From contig CAZPLK010000003.1 of the NCBI GenBank assembly GCA_964587565.1, positions 16,276 to 80,275 of the forward strand: a DNA stretch of 64,000 nt, read 5' to 3'. Below the pieces are notes generated by a model. It did no database searches. It was not told the origin of the DNA and saw only the letters and a program-made list of their open reading frames with translations. The stretch comes from an uncultured Muribaculaceae bacterium. GTDB taxonomy: Bacteria; Bacillota_I; Bacilli_A; RF39; UBA660. Below are positions 1 to 8,836 of this stretch, one piece after another; position 1 is the first letter of the stretch, and every line of letters begins with the position of its first letter. Both the position numbers and the translations under genes were made by a program.

Positions 1-2
1 GA

Positions 3-308
3 GAATGGTATTGCGATAACCATAAAAAAGAAAATAACAGATATAATTACGAGCGTAATGATAAAGATTATACTCGTTTTTATTATACAAAAGAATGGAA
101 AAGAGTTAGGGAGTTAGTTCTGCAAAGAGATGATTACTTATGTGTAAGATGTAGAAATAATGGAATTATTAAACTAGCAGAAATGGTACATCATAAGATA
201 CGAATTAAAATCGTTTATTGTATAAGGCTAGATTTAAGCAATTTAGAGAGCTTGTGTGAAGCTTGTCATAACAAGATAGACTATAAGCCCCCACCACCCA
301 AAGCCTAG
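3..308 (+). CDS. HNH endonuclease, C-terminal part (5' end outside window)
   Basis: Frame is open from the window edge to TAG 306-308. The translation ...DDYLCVRCRNNGIIKLAEMVHHKI...LESLCEACHNKIDYK shows the CxxC..HH..CxxCH pattern of phage-type HNH nucleases. Confidence 0.6.
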   Translation, partial: EWYCDNHKKENNRYNYERNDKDYTRFYYTKEWKRVRELVLQRDDYLCVRCRNNGIIKLAEMVHHKIRIKIVYCIRLDLSNLESLCEACHNKIDYKPPPPKA

Positions 309-470
309 CGATGTAAAGCAAGTAAAACGGGCACCAACTCTGTGTATGAAATCGCATATTTCATAAGGGGATATCAAAATTATGGAAAAAACTAACCTAT
401 GGAATCACCAAAGATTAGTAGATTTTTTATTCCCACTTTTTAAGTTTTAATGGGTTATCACTTTCAATTG

Positions 471-740
471 TTAGATTATATTTAACACACAATATTTTTT
501 AGTTGCCTTGCTAACAGAATCTAAAGAATCATGAAAGCCATTAAATACATCACACATAGTATGATAATTCTGTAATAAAGAAGCATCGTAAAAGCACCCA
601 CGAGAATGAGAGTTTGCTAATTGAAATGCAAATACTTTTGGAACAACAAAACTAATCATGAAGTCAGAAAAGTTATTGTCAAAAGGAACATAGTATTTTT
701 CTATTTCCTCATCTGTAATGTCGGCACTATCTTTAATCAT
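471..740 (-). CDS. hypothetical protein (89 aa)
   Basis: ORF-track ORF with no recognisable motif. It is the only long ORF in a gene-poor stretch. Confidence 0.25.
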   Translation of the reverse strand: MIKDSADITDEEIEKYYVPFDNNFSDFMISFVVPKVFAFQLANSHSRGCFYDASLLQNYHTMCDVFNGFHDSLDSVSKATKKYCVLNII

Positions 741-1171
741 ATAAAAACCTCGCTTTCTTAAAGCGCTATATATATCACTTGAAATAAGAAAAAATGCAAC
801 CCTTTTTCAAAAAAATATGATAAAATAAATATATATGAAATTTATAGTTTTCATATTGATAATATTTTTCAAAAAAACGGGTAATTTTTAATACGGTAAT
901 TTTTGTATTTTAAGGTGGGGCTTCTCAACCGTAATAAAGTTGTATTAAAAGTGAAATCAAAAAATAAAATTATATTTTAAATCAACAATTTTGATACAAA
1001 ATAATTATAATATTTACTTAACTCCAATTAAATCAAGGGATTGTAATGTATTGAAAATATATCAGAAATGTATTGCAGGTGTATGTATAAAAATAACTAG
1101 GCTTTCGCTAGTAAACGCGGTATTGTGTGTTTAACTAGTGAGTTGGTGTGCTGAGCATATAGCGGAGTAAA

Positions 1172-1251
1172 GCCCCATATTGAAGTTTAATCGAACTTTG
1201 TACCAAAGTTTGATTTTTAATTGTATAAATTCTTAGAAAATAATTTTGTTT
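1172..1251. repeat. direct repeat, left copy (80 nt), flanking the R-M cassette
   Basis: GCCCCATATTGAAGTTTAATCGAACTTTGTACCAAAGTTTGATTTTTAATTGTATAAATTCTTAGAAAATAATTTTGTTT recurs at 4324-4404. The copies differ by one inserted base and two substitutions. Confidence 0.9.
1189..1218 (+). terminator. rho-independent terminator-like hairpin inside the left repeat
   Basis: AATCGAACTTTG / CAAAGTTTGATT is a 12-bp stem with one G-T pair and loop TAC, running into a T tract. Confidence 0.6.
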
Positions 1252-1669
1252 ATCAAAAGAATTACCACTATCAGGAAACAATCAACTAATTTAATATAAT
1301 TGATAATTAAATTTATAAAAGTGATATTATATTGAGGTATAGAAAATTAAAAATTATAAAATGAATACCGTTTGTTGTATATAAAAGTTAAAATGTTCTA
1401 AATGCAATGATATTTTATCGGATTTTGCATCATCAATAATAAAAGCAATTATGTATTATGATTTTAGGTTTAAAACAAGAAATGTAGCATTATATATAAT
1501 CCAACTTAAAAAAAGTAAATTATCAGATTGGTTAATCTAGTTCGTATGCTTATTTGATGGAGATTCACATACAAATAATTATTAATAACAAAATTGGCAA
1601 AAACATAAAGTTTTTCTTATAAGAATCTATTAAAAATGTTATAATTATATTTAGAGATGAGGCGATATT

Positions 1670-2503
1670 ATGAGTAAACCAAAACCATTTCTTAAATGGG
1701 TAGGAGGAAAAAGGCAAATAATTGATAAATTAAAAGGGAATTTGCCGGGAAAATTTAATAATTATTATGAGCCGTTTATTGGAGGTGGTGCATTGTTTTT
1801 TGAACTTCAACCAAAGATTGCTTTTATCAATGACTATAATGAAGAATTAATCAACTCTTACAAAGTTTTAACCGATGAAATTAAAACAAATGAGTTAATA
1901 AAATTATTGTTAAAACATGAACAAAAAAATTCAAAAGAATATTTTTATAAAATAAGAAGTTTAGACAGAGATTTAGGTGTATATAATAATTTAAGTGATG
2001 TCGAAAAGGCTGCTAGAACCATTTTTTTAAACAAAACATCTTTTAATGGCATGTATAGAGTTAATAAAAAAAATCAATTTAATGTTCCTTATAATAACAA
2101 TACTAACGTTACTACTTTCGATAAAGATAACTTAAAAGCTATAAACAAGTATTTTAATAACAATAGTGTTTCCATTTTAAGTGGTGATTTTGAAGAGGCA
2201 GTAAAAACAGCAAATAAAGGTGATTTTGTTTACTTTGATCCTCCTTATGACAATGTTAAGGATGATACATTTACTAGTTATACAGTTCAAGGCTTTAATA
2301 GAGAGGACCAAACTAGACTCTTTAGGTGTTTCAAAAAATTAGATGAAAAAGGCGTGTTTGTTATGTTGTCAAATCACAATACAAAATTTATTAATAACTT
2401 ATATAAAGATTATAATATAAAAGTTATTAATGCTAAAAGAAACATAAATTCTAAAGGAAATAAAAGAGGTAAAGTTGAAGAAACAATTATCACAAATTAT
2501 TAA
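1670..2503 (+). CDS. dpnM: Dam-family N6-adenine DNA methyltransferase (M1.DpnII-like, GATC)
   Basis: N-terminal FLKWVGGKRQ and catalytic FDPPY motifs. It is the first gene of a dpnM-dpnA-dpnB-ordered cassette. Confidence 0.9.
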   Translation: MSKPKPFLKWVGGKRQIIDKLKGNLPGKFNNYYEPFIGGGALFFELQPKIAFINDYNEELINSYKVLTDEIKTNELIKLLLKHEQKNSKEYFYKIRSLDRDLGVYNNLSDVEKAARTIFLNKTSFNGMYRVNKKNQFNVPYNNNTNVTTFDKDNLKAINKYFNNNSVSILSGDFEEAVKTANKGDFVYFDPPYDNVKDDTFTSYTVQGFNREDQTRLFRCFKKLDEKGVFVMLSNHNTKFINNLYKDYNIKVINAKRNINSKGNKRGKVEETIITNY

Positions 2504-3272
2504 AAATAAAGAGTTGTATTATTCAAAAGATGACGTTATATTAATTCACGGGAATTCATTTGATTTAATTAAAGATATAAAAAGCCGAAGTATTGATATG
2601 ATATTTGCAGATCCGCCTTATTTTTTATCTGGAGGAGGGATAACATGTCGTTCTGGAAAAATGGTAAGCGTAAATAAAGCCGACTGGGATAAGAAAAAGA
2701 GTCTGAAAGAAAAACATCAATTTAATAAAAAGTGGATAAGATTATGCAAAAGAATATTAAAAGATGATGGAACAATTTGGATTAGTGGGACAATGCATAA
2801 CATATACTCAATTGGGATGGCTTTAGAAGAGGCGGGATTTAAGATTATGAATAACATAACTTGGCAAAAATCAAACCCACCACCTAATATTAGTTGTAGA
2901 ACATTTACTCATTCAACTGAAACGATTCTTTGGGCTAAAAAAGATTTGCCGAAAGTAAAATATAAATTTAATTATTCTCTAATGAAACAAATGAATAACA
3001 ATAAACAAATGAAAGATGTGTGGACTACTTCGCTAACTAAACCTAGTGAAAAGAAAAATGGAAAGCATCCTACTCAAAAACCAAAAAAAATACTAGAAAA
3101 AATAATTCTAGCATCGACAGATGAAAATGATATAATTCTGGACCCATTTAATGGAAGTGGCACAACAGGAGTTGTAGCAAAAATATTAAATAGAAAGTAT
3201 ATTGGAATAGAAAATAAAAAAGAATATTTAGATTTATCTATAAGGAGATTAAATAATGAAAAGGAAATTTGA
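2475..3272 (+). CDS. dpnA: second DpnII-system adenine methyltransferase (DpnA-like, ssDNA-capable class)
   Basis: Motifs MIFADPPYFLS, NITWQKSNPPPN, THSTETILWA, GKHPTQKP and DPFNGSGTTGVVA are collinear with DpnA as I remember it. The TTG start overlaps the dpnM end by 29 nt. Confidence 0.9.
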   Translation: MKKQLSQIIKNKELYYSKDDVILIHGNSFDLIKDIKSRSIDMIFADPPYFLSGGGITCRSGKMVSVNKADWDKKKSLKEKHQFNKKWIRLCKRILKDDGTIWISGTMHNIYSIGMALEEAGFKIMNNITWQKSNPPPNISCRTFTHSTETILWAKKDLPKVKYKFNYSLMKQMNNNKQMKDVWTTSLTKPSEKKNGKHPTQKPKKILEKIILASTDENDIILDPFNGSGTTGVVAKILNRKYIGIENKKEYLDLSIRRLNNEKEI

Positions 3273-4110
3273 AGATATTATCGAAAACTTACGAGACTCA
3301 ATTGCAACATATGATTATTATGTAGATTTTAATAAAGTTTATGCAAATGTAAGTAAAGTAGAAATGCAATTAAATCTATTAAATTATTTAATAGGTAAAG
3401 ACGATGTTGAAAAAGAATTTTTAACATTACTTATTGAGTATCCAGATGTAATTGAAGTTATACCGATTTTACTTGCGATAAGAACGGGTGAAATCAAAGT
3501 AATTGATGGTGAATTGATTTCTTATAACTTTAAAAAAATGAATCGTGAACCAGAAGACTATACAAAATTGTTAAGAAAAAGTGGTCTTATTGATTTGTTT
3601 GAAAATAAAAAGATAAAAAACTTAGTTGATTATGTTACAGGAGTAGAAGTTGGGCTTGATACTAATGCTAGGAAAAATCGAACAGGTCATTTAATGGAAG
3701 ACATAGTAGAAAGTTATATTCAAAAAATTGAATGTGTGGATTATTTAAAAGAAGCAACTGTCTCTGAAATTATTGAATATTTCAGTGTATCCAGTTTAAA
3801 GTGTTTATTAGAGAATGAAGAAGACTACATTAACAAGCGATTTGATTTTGTAGTTAAAAATAATAAAAATGAACTTTTACTTATAGAAACTAATTTTTAT
3901 AGAACTAGCGGATCAAAATTAAATGAAACAGCAAGAAGTTATTCTAAATTAGCTCAAGATCTGGAGAATGTTGATGGAGTTAAATTTGTATGGATTACTG
4001 ACGGTATAGGTTGGAGGTCAACTCAAAATAACTTAAGAGATGCTTACAATATAATTGAACACCTTTACACACTAGATGATTTGGATAATGATATATTAGA
4101 GCAACTTTAA
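3256..4110 (+). CDS. dpnB: DpnII/MboI-family type II restriction endonuclease (GATC)
   Basis: The N-terminus DSIATYDYYVDFNKVYANVSKVEMQLNLLNYLIG...YPDVIEVIPILLAIR is collinear with R.DpnII. The start overlaps dpnA by 17 nt. Confidence 0.85.
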   Translation: MKRKFEDIIENLRDSIATYDYYVDFNKVYANVSKVEMQLNLLNYLIGKDDVEKEFLTLLIEYPDVIEVIPILLAIRTGEIKVIDGELISYNFKKMNREPEDYTKLLRKSGLIDLFENKKIKNLVDYVTGVEVGLDTNARKNRTGHLMEDIVESYIQKIECVDYLKEATVSEIIEYFSVSSLKCLLENEEDYINKRFDFVVKNNKNELLLIETNFYRTSGSKLNETARSYSKLAQDLENVDGVKFVWITDGIGWRSTQNNLRDAYNIIEHLYTLDDLDNDILEQL

Positions 4111-4301
4111 AATGAATTAGGTAAAAATTAAAACCTATTTTTTATTATTCTAACAATTGTTTAATGCACTTTTATTTCCTAGCTTTTGCATAATAAAAGT
4201 ATAAGCAATAGAAATGCAATATTATAAAAAGGATAAAAATATTTATGAATGGCTATTATAAATAAAAGTAGTAACAAACTGAATTGTTTGTTCCGTTATG
4301 C

Positions 4302-4329
4302 GTGGGTTCGATCCCCACTACTCGCCCCA
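4302..4329 (+). pseudogene. tRNA 3' fragment (T-arm, acceptor 3' strand, encoded CCA) without a matching 5' half
   Basis: GTGGG-TTCGATC-CCCAC T-arm, then TACTCGC, discriminator C and CCA. The complementary GCGAGTA is absent upstream. Confidence 0.5.
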
Positions 4330-4404
4330 TATTGAAGTTTAATCGAACTTTGTACGCAAAGTTTGATTTTTTATTGTATAAATTCTTAGAAAAAAATTTT
4401 GTTT
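4324..4404. repeat. direct repeat, right copy (81 nt)
   Basis: Near-identical to 1172-1251. Its first 6 nt (GCCCCA) are the end of the tRNA-like fragment. Confidence 0.9.
4341..4372 (+). terminator. rho-independent terminator-like hairpin inside the right repeat
   Basis: Same 12-bp stem as 1189-1218 with loop TACG, followed by a T tract. Confidence 0.6.
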
Positions 4405-4451
4405 GGATGGCACAAATGTTTAATATATAACTCGCGTTATATAAAAGCAGT

Positions 4452-4482
4452 AAAAAAAACCGCTATTTAAATTAATAGCTGG
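4452..4482 (-). terminator. terminator of the minus-strand gene 4498-5349
   Basis: On the minus strand, CCAGCTATT-AATTTAA-ATAGCGG (one bulge) is followed by eight T. Confidence 0.6.
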
Positions 4483-4497
4483 TTTGATACTGAAGTT

Positions 4498-5349
4498 TTA
4501 AAATGTTTTTTTTAGTTGCAAAGTGCATTTGGTAAGCAAGGAGTTATCCACAAGTTTAATGAAATCAATTTGTTTTAATAAACTTGTATTGTGTTTTTCA
4601 AATAATTCACAAAGTTGCAACTCTATATTATTGTAAATGATCTTATAAATTGGATTGCTTAATTTTTTTAATTTTAGTGCTAAATCCATGTTCATTATTA
4701 ATTTTATAACTTCATTTTCATTTATATAATTAGATAAAAAAGTAACCAACCCTTTTAAATCATTATTAAAATAAAAATTATCCATTTGTTCTTTACCAAT
4801 TAATAACTGTAAGAAATGTGCGATCCTCACTTCATCATTATAAAACTTTGTTTTTTTGTTGAATATTTCTCTTGAAAGAAAATCAGTATATCCCTCGTTT
4901 AATGACCTGCCAATAGTTAAAGAACTATTATAATTTATAAAACCACATTGTTTTATATTATTGTTATAATCACAAAACGAACTTGCCAAATGTAAAAACT
5001 CATGTTCTATTGAACCTTCAATTGAATAATCAAGAGTATTTTTTTCTGTATTATATTTCCCACTAATACCAAATAGTAACATTTTCCAATTTTTATTAAT
5101 AGTTACATCGTTTAAATTATGATATAGATTGTTTAAGTTTTGTTTGTTTGTGTATTGCTCTAATTTAATAACTAACTTTTTTAATTCTTCTGGTATTTCA
5201 TTTGGTTGTTTTTGTATTTCCCTTTTGCCTAGTTCCATATTTTTGACACTATTAATAATACGTTTTTCCGTTGTTTTATGGATGATGTAATTAGTCCCGC
5301 TCGTAGTAATCATTAATGGAGCAATATAGTTTATTATAATATTATTCAC
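4498..5349 (-). CDS. putative zinc metallopeptidase, N-terminally membrane-anchored
   Basis: HEFLH (HExxH) is followed about 30 residues later by LNEGYTDF, which resembles the gluzincin third-ligand motif. The N-terminus is hydrophobic. Confidence 0.45.
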   Translation of the reverse strand: MNNIIINYIAPLMITTSGTNYIIHKTTEKRIINSVKNMELGKREIQKQPNEIPEELKKLVIKLEQYTNKQNLNNLYHNLNDVTINKNWKMLLFGISGKYNTEKNTLDYSIEGSIEHEFLHLASSFCDYNNNIKQCGFINYNSSLTIGRSLNEGYTDFLSREIFNKKTKFYNDEVRIAHFLQLLIGKEQMDNFYFNNDLKGLVTFLSNYINENEVIKLIMNMDLALKLKKLSNPIYKIIYNNIELQLCELFEKHNTSLLKQIDFIKLVDNSLLTKCTLQLKKTF

Positions 5350-5409
5350 GTAATCGCCTCTTTTTTTGAATATTATATAGATTTAAATTAAAAAGTCAAA
5401 TTTTAGAAA

Positions 5410-5610
5410 ATGTTAAATATGAATAATATATATTTTATTGTGCTATCCTTATTTTTATGGTATTATTTATATATGAAGAGTGAGGGAGATAAAGTGAGAT
5501 TGCCAAAATTAGATAAAGAAATAAAAATATACATTTTAATAGTAATTATAATATTTTTATGGATTTTGTTCTTACCCGATATTTCAGCACTTATAAGAAA
5601 GATTTTTTGA
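5410..5610 (+). CDS. small membrane protein (66 aa, two hydrophobic segments)
   Basis: ORF-track ORF with two TM-like stretches and no family recognised. Confidence 0.3.
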   Translation: MLNMNNIYFIVLSLFLWYYLYMKSEGDKVRLPKLDKEIKIYILIVIIIFLWILFLPDISALIRKIF

Positions 5611-5636
5611 CTTAATATTAGTAATAGGGTGTAATA

Positions 5637-6359
5637 ATGAATTATATAGTTAATATAACGGAATTTGAAGGTCCATTAGATCTTCTTCTTCATTTAATAA
5701 AACAAAATGATATCGATATTTTTGAAATTAGCATTGAACAAATTGCCGATCAGTATTTAACTTACATTAGTGAGATGGAGCAAATGAATTTAGATATTGC
5801 AAGTGAATATTTAGTAATGGCAGCCGAACTAATTGAGATTAAATCTTCTGTTTTGTTACCTAATTACTGTGATAATGATGATAACACTGAAGAAGATGTT
5901 CGACAACAACTAATTAATAAATTAATTTTGTATAAACAATATAAAGAAGTGACATCACAGTTAAAAGAATTAGAAGAAAAAAGAATGATGTCCTACAGTA
6001 AAAGAGCAAGTAATTTGGAACAATATAAAACAACAATGCCACAAGTAGAAGATATGAGTGTTGATGTAGATAAACTTATTGAAGCCTTTGACAACTTTCT
6101 TAAAAGACTTGAATACGAAAAGCCAATTAACACTAAAGTGACTAAAAAGGAATATTCAGTATCTGACAGAAACAATCAAATCAAAGAAATATTAAAAAAA
6201 CATCAAAAAGTTGAATTTTTAGATTTATTTAATGAATATAACAAAGAGTATATAATTGTTACATTTTTATCAATCCTTGAATTATCCAAAAAGCAGTATT
6301 TGCAAATTATTCAAGAGCATAATTTTCAGAAAATATACTTGACTTTAAAGGAAAGGTGA
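5637..6359 (+). CDS. scpA: segregation and condensation protein A
   Basis: Kleisin N-terminus FEGPLDLLLHLIKQNDIDIFEISIEQIADQYL. scpB follows 4 nt later. Confidence 0.9.
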   Translation: MNYIVNITEFEGPLDLLLHLIKQNDIDIFEISIEQIADQYLTYISEMEQMNLDIASEYLVMAAELIEIKSSVLLPNYCDNDDNTEEDVRQQLINKLILYKQYKEVTSQLKELEEKRMMSYSKRASNLEQYKTTMPQVEDMSVDVDKLIEAFDNFLKRLEYEKPINTKVTKKEYSVSDRNNQIKEILKKHQKVEFLDLFNEYNKEYIIVTFLSILELSKKQYLQIIQEHNFQKIYLTLKER

Positions 6360-6363
6360 TCAC

Positions 6364-6933
6364 ATGAATTTATTAGCAGCCCTAGAAGGATTATTGTTTC
6401 TTTGTGGTGATGACGGTTTGAGATTTGAGGAAATTAAGACGATACTTGAAATAGATGCTGTGCAACTAGAAGAAATAATAGAAAAACTTATGACTATTTA
6501 TGATTCAACAAACTCTGGCATTAAATTAGAGAAATTTGGGGATATATATAAATTAGTTACTAAAAGTAAATATAATAACTTTTATAAAAAATTAGTGGAA
6601 ATTGAGCAACAAAAACCACTTACAAATGCAGCATTAGAAGTTTTGGCGATAATTGCTTATAATGAACCTATAACAAGAGTTATGGTTGATGAAATCCGTG
6701 GGGTAAATAGTAGTTATATAATTAGGAATTTAATGGCTAGGGAATTGATTTGTGAGATAGGAAGATCAGACTTACCAGGTAGACCTTTTTTATATAAAAC
6801 TACAAATAAATTTTTGGACACTTTCGGAATTACCAGTCTTAATGATTTACCAATAATTGAAAAGCAAAGTGTTCTTAATGAAAGTGATGATTTATACAAA
6901 TCGAAGTATATAGAAAACAAGACGAATGTATGA
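6364..6933 (+). CDS. scpB: segregation and condensation protein B
   Basis: LEGLLFLCGDDGL start and the winged-helix segment ALEVLAIIAYNEPITRVMVDEIRGV. Confidence 0.9.
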   Translation: MNLLAALEGLLFLCGDDGLRFEEIKTILEIDAVQLEEIIEKLMTIYDSTNSGIKLEKFGDIYKLVTKSKYNNFYKKLVEIEQQKPLTNAALEVLAIIAYNEPITRVMVDEIRGVNSSYIIRNLMARELICEIGRSDLPGRPFLYKTTNKFLDTFGITSLNDLPIIEKQSVLNESDDLYKSKYIENKTNV

Positions 6934-6955
6934 TGATTCATTTTCTATATCATTT

Positions 6956-7041
6956 GCAGGAGTGGCGGAATGGTAGACGCGAAGGTCTCAAAAACCTTTG
7001 ACAGTGTTGTCGTATGAGTTCAAGTCTCATCTTCTGCACCA
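6956..7041 (+). tRNA. tRNA-Leu (anticodon CAA), CCA encoded
   Basis: Acceptor GCAGGAG/CTTCTGC, D-arm GCG..CGC, anticodon arm AAGGT-CTCAAAA-ACCTT, long variable arm, T-arm ATGAG-TTCAAGT-CTCAT, then A-CCA. Confidence 0.9.
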
Positions 7042-7069
7042 AATTAAATATTAAAGTAAAATAAAGTGT

Positions 7070-7106
7070 AAAAAGGAGCAAAAATATACGTTCTGCTTTT
7101 TTTTTT
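7070..7106 (+). terminator. possible terminator after tRNA-Leu
   Basis: AAAAAGGAGCA pairs with TGCTTTTTTTT (two G-T pairs) and ends in a 10-T run. The stem is weak. Confidence 0.35.
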
Positions 7107-7152
7107 GGTGTTTTTGATATATACTATATATACATAGTGTAGGGGTGATATT

Positions 7153-8766
7153 GTGATTTTGAGAAAACCATATGCATTTTTTATAAAGCAATTTAAGACA
7201 ATTCATTTTATATTAACTTTATTAATATCGTTTTTAATTTATCGTACTACGATAATGATTGCTTTTTTCAATGAATATTTGACTTCTACATCACTTTATG
7301 TCGATCCAACTGCTCCTGATAAATTATTTAAATTTTATAATTTTGCAATACCTATATTAATTATATTAATTTCTATTACTGTTTTATGGGTGTTGTTTTT
7401 AAAGAAAAAACCATTTTTATTTTATATTATAAATATAGTTATATATATATTTATAATAGTAATATATAATTATTCATTAAATATTACTAAAGATATGATT
7501 GAACAAGCGGTTCATTTAAGAACTATAAGGTTGGTAAGGGATTTATTACTAATATCTATATTAGCGCAAATGTTTACTATTATTAAGGCATTTGTTTATG
7601 CTACTGGATTTGATATAAAGAAATTCAACTTTGGTCAAGATTTAGCAGAATTAGATATCGAAGAAGATGATGATGAAGAGTTTGAGTTTGATGTTGAAAT
7701 AGACACTAATAAAGCACATCGACATGTAAGAAAAAGAGCTAGATTTTCTCGTTATGTTTATATTGAAAATAAGTTTTTAATAAATATAAGTTTTTTACTT
7801 CTTTTAAGTACAACCTTATTGATTGTTTATTTTAATCAAAATATTTATAATAAAACATATAGTGAAAAGGTCTCTTTTTTCACTAGAAATTTCACAATGA
7901 ATATTAATAGAAGTTTTATTACTAAAATGGATCCTAAAAATAAAGAGTTAAGTAAGAAAGATATGTCATTTGTTGTGGTTGAAGTTGAATTAAAAAATAA
8001 TAGTGTTCAAAAGGAAAAAATTGATATCGCAAGAATGCAACTAATAGCAAACAAAAAGATTTATTATCATAAATACGGTTACAATACATTAGTGCCAGAT
8101 TTAGGATTTGTTTATAACGACACACATATACCTAAAGATTTTTCGAAAGTCTTATTAGTTTATGAAGTTCCTGATGAATACTTGAAAAGGGATTTGCAAT
8201 TTAGAGTTTTAGATGATTTTGGATATTCAGGCGGTAATTGGCATCCAAAATATATTAAAATAAACTTAAAACCAACAAATCTAGATAAGATAACGAAAAA
8301 AGAAAAATTGTTGCTCGGTGATAAAATATCATTTAAAGGTAGTATTTTAGAAGATACTAGTTTAGAAATAAAAGCGATGAAAATATCTGTAGAGCATAAA
8401 GTATCTTATAAATTTTGTATGAGTAATGATGAGTGTTATGATTCGTATGAATATATTAAGCCAGATATTCAAAATGTATACGACAAAACAATATTACATT
8501 TAAACGCTTCAATAAATTGGGATAATAAATTAACAATAATTCCGATTATCGATATGTTTCAATTTTTGAATACATTTGGAGAAATTCAATATAAGATAAA
8601 AGGAGAAATAAAAACTCACGCTATTGAACTGAGGGAAGTTAGACCGGAAAAAACAAAAAGAGGTAATAACTACTATATTGAATTGTTAAAGGAAGTAGAC
8701 GATGCCGAAGATGTTTTTGTGATTTTTAACATAAGAAATCACAAATATGAGTACAAGTTAAAATAG
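7153..8766 (+). CDS. polytopic membrane protein with large extracytoplasmic C-terminal domain, unknown family
   Basis: GTG start. Several N-terminal TM helices, acidic linker DIEEDDDEEFEFDVEID, basic patch, one more TM, then about 300 beta-rich residues. Confidence 0.5.
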   Translation: MILRKPYAFFIKQFKTIHFILTLLISFLIYRTTIMIAFFNEYLTSTSLYVDPTAPDKLFKFYNFAIPILIILISITVLWVLFLKKKPFLFYIINIVIYIFIIVIYNYSLNITKDMIEQAVHLRTIRLVRDLLLISILAQMFTIIKAFVYATGFDIKKFNFGQDLAELDIEEDDDEEFEFDVEIDTNKAHRHVRKRARFSRYVYIENKFLINISFLLLLSTTLLIVYFNQNIYNKTYSEKVSFFTRNFTMNINRSFITKMDPKNKELSKKDMSFVVVEVELKNNSVQKEKIDIARMQLIANKKIYYHKYGYNTLVPDLGFVYNDTHIPKDFSKVLLVYEVPDEYLKRDLQFRVLDDFGYSGGNWHPKYIKINLKPTNLDKITKKEKLLLGDKISFKGSILEDTSLEIKAMKISVEHKVSYKFCMSNDECYDSYEYIKPDIQNVYDKTILHLNASINWDNKLTIIPIIDMFQFLNTFGEIQYKIKGEIKTHAIELREVRPEKTKRGNNYYIELLKEVDDAEDVFVIFNIRNHKYEYKLK

Positions 8767-8790
8767 TGTAAAGTGTCATTAGAAAAAAGG

Positions 8791-8817
8791 TTGAAAGGTA
8801 CAATTTTATGCTATAAT
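8791..8817 (+). promoter_or_regulatory. sigma-A-type promoter with extended -10 in front of the cluster
   Basis: TTGAAA (8791-8796), 15-nt spacer, TGcTATAAT (8809-8817). Confidence 0.5.
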
Positions 8818-8836
8818 TATAATAATGGAGGATACT

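Noticed and set aside
4253-4329. Complete tRNA gene ending at 4329
   Set aside because: Only the T-arm, acceptor 3' strand and CCA are canonical. There is no complementary acceptor 5' strand and no D-arm, and the candidate anticodon hairpin has a 7-bp stem with a 6-nt loop. It is reported as a fragment instead.
8809-8817. Recurrent TGcTATAAT at 8809, 19329, 40103 and 42015 as a special regulatory motif
   Set aside because: It is simply the extended -10 (TGnTATAAT) form of housekeeping promoters common in Firmicutes. It occurs before unrelated genes (cluster, ssrA, engB), so it is not a system-specific signal.
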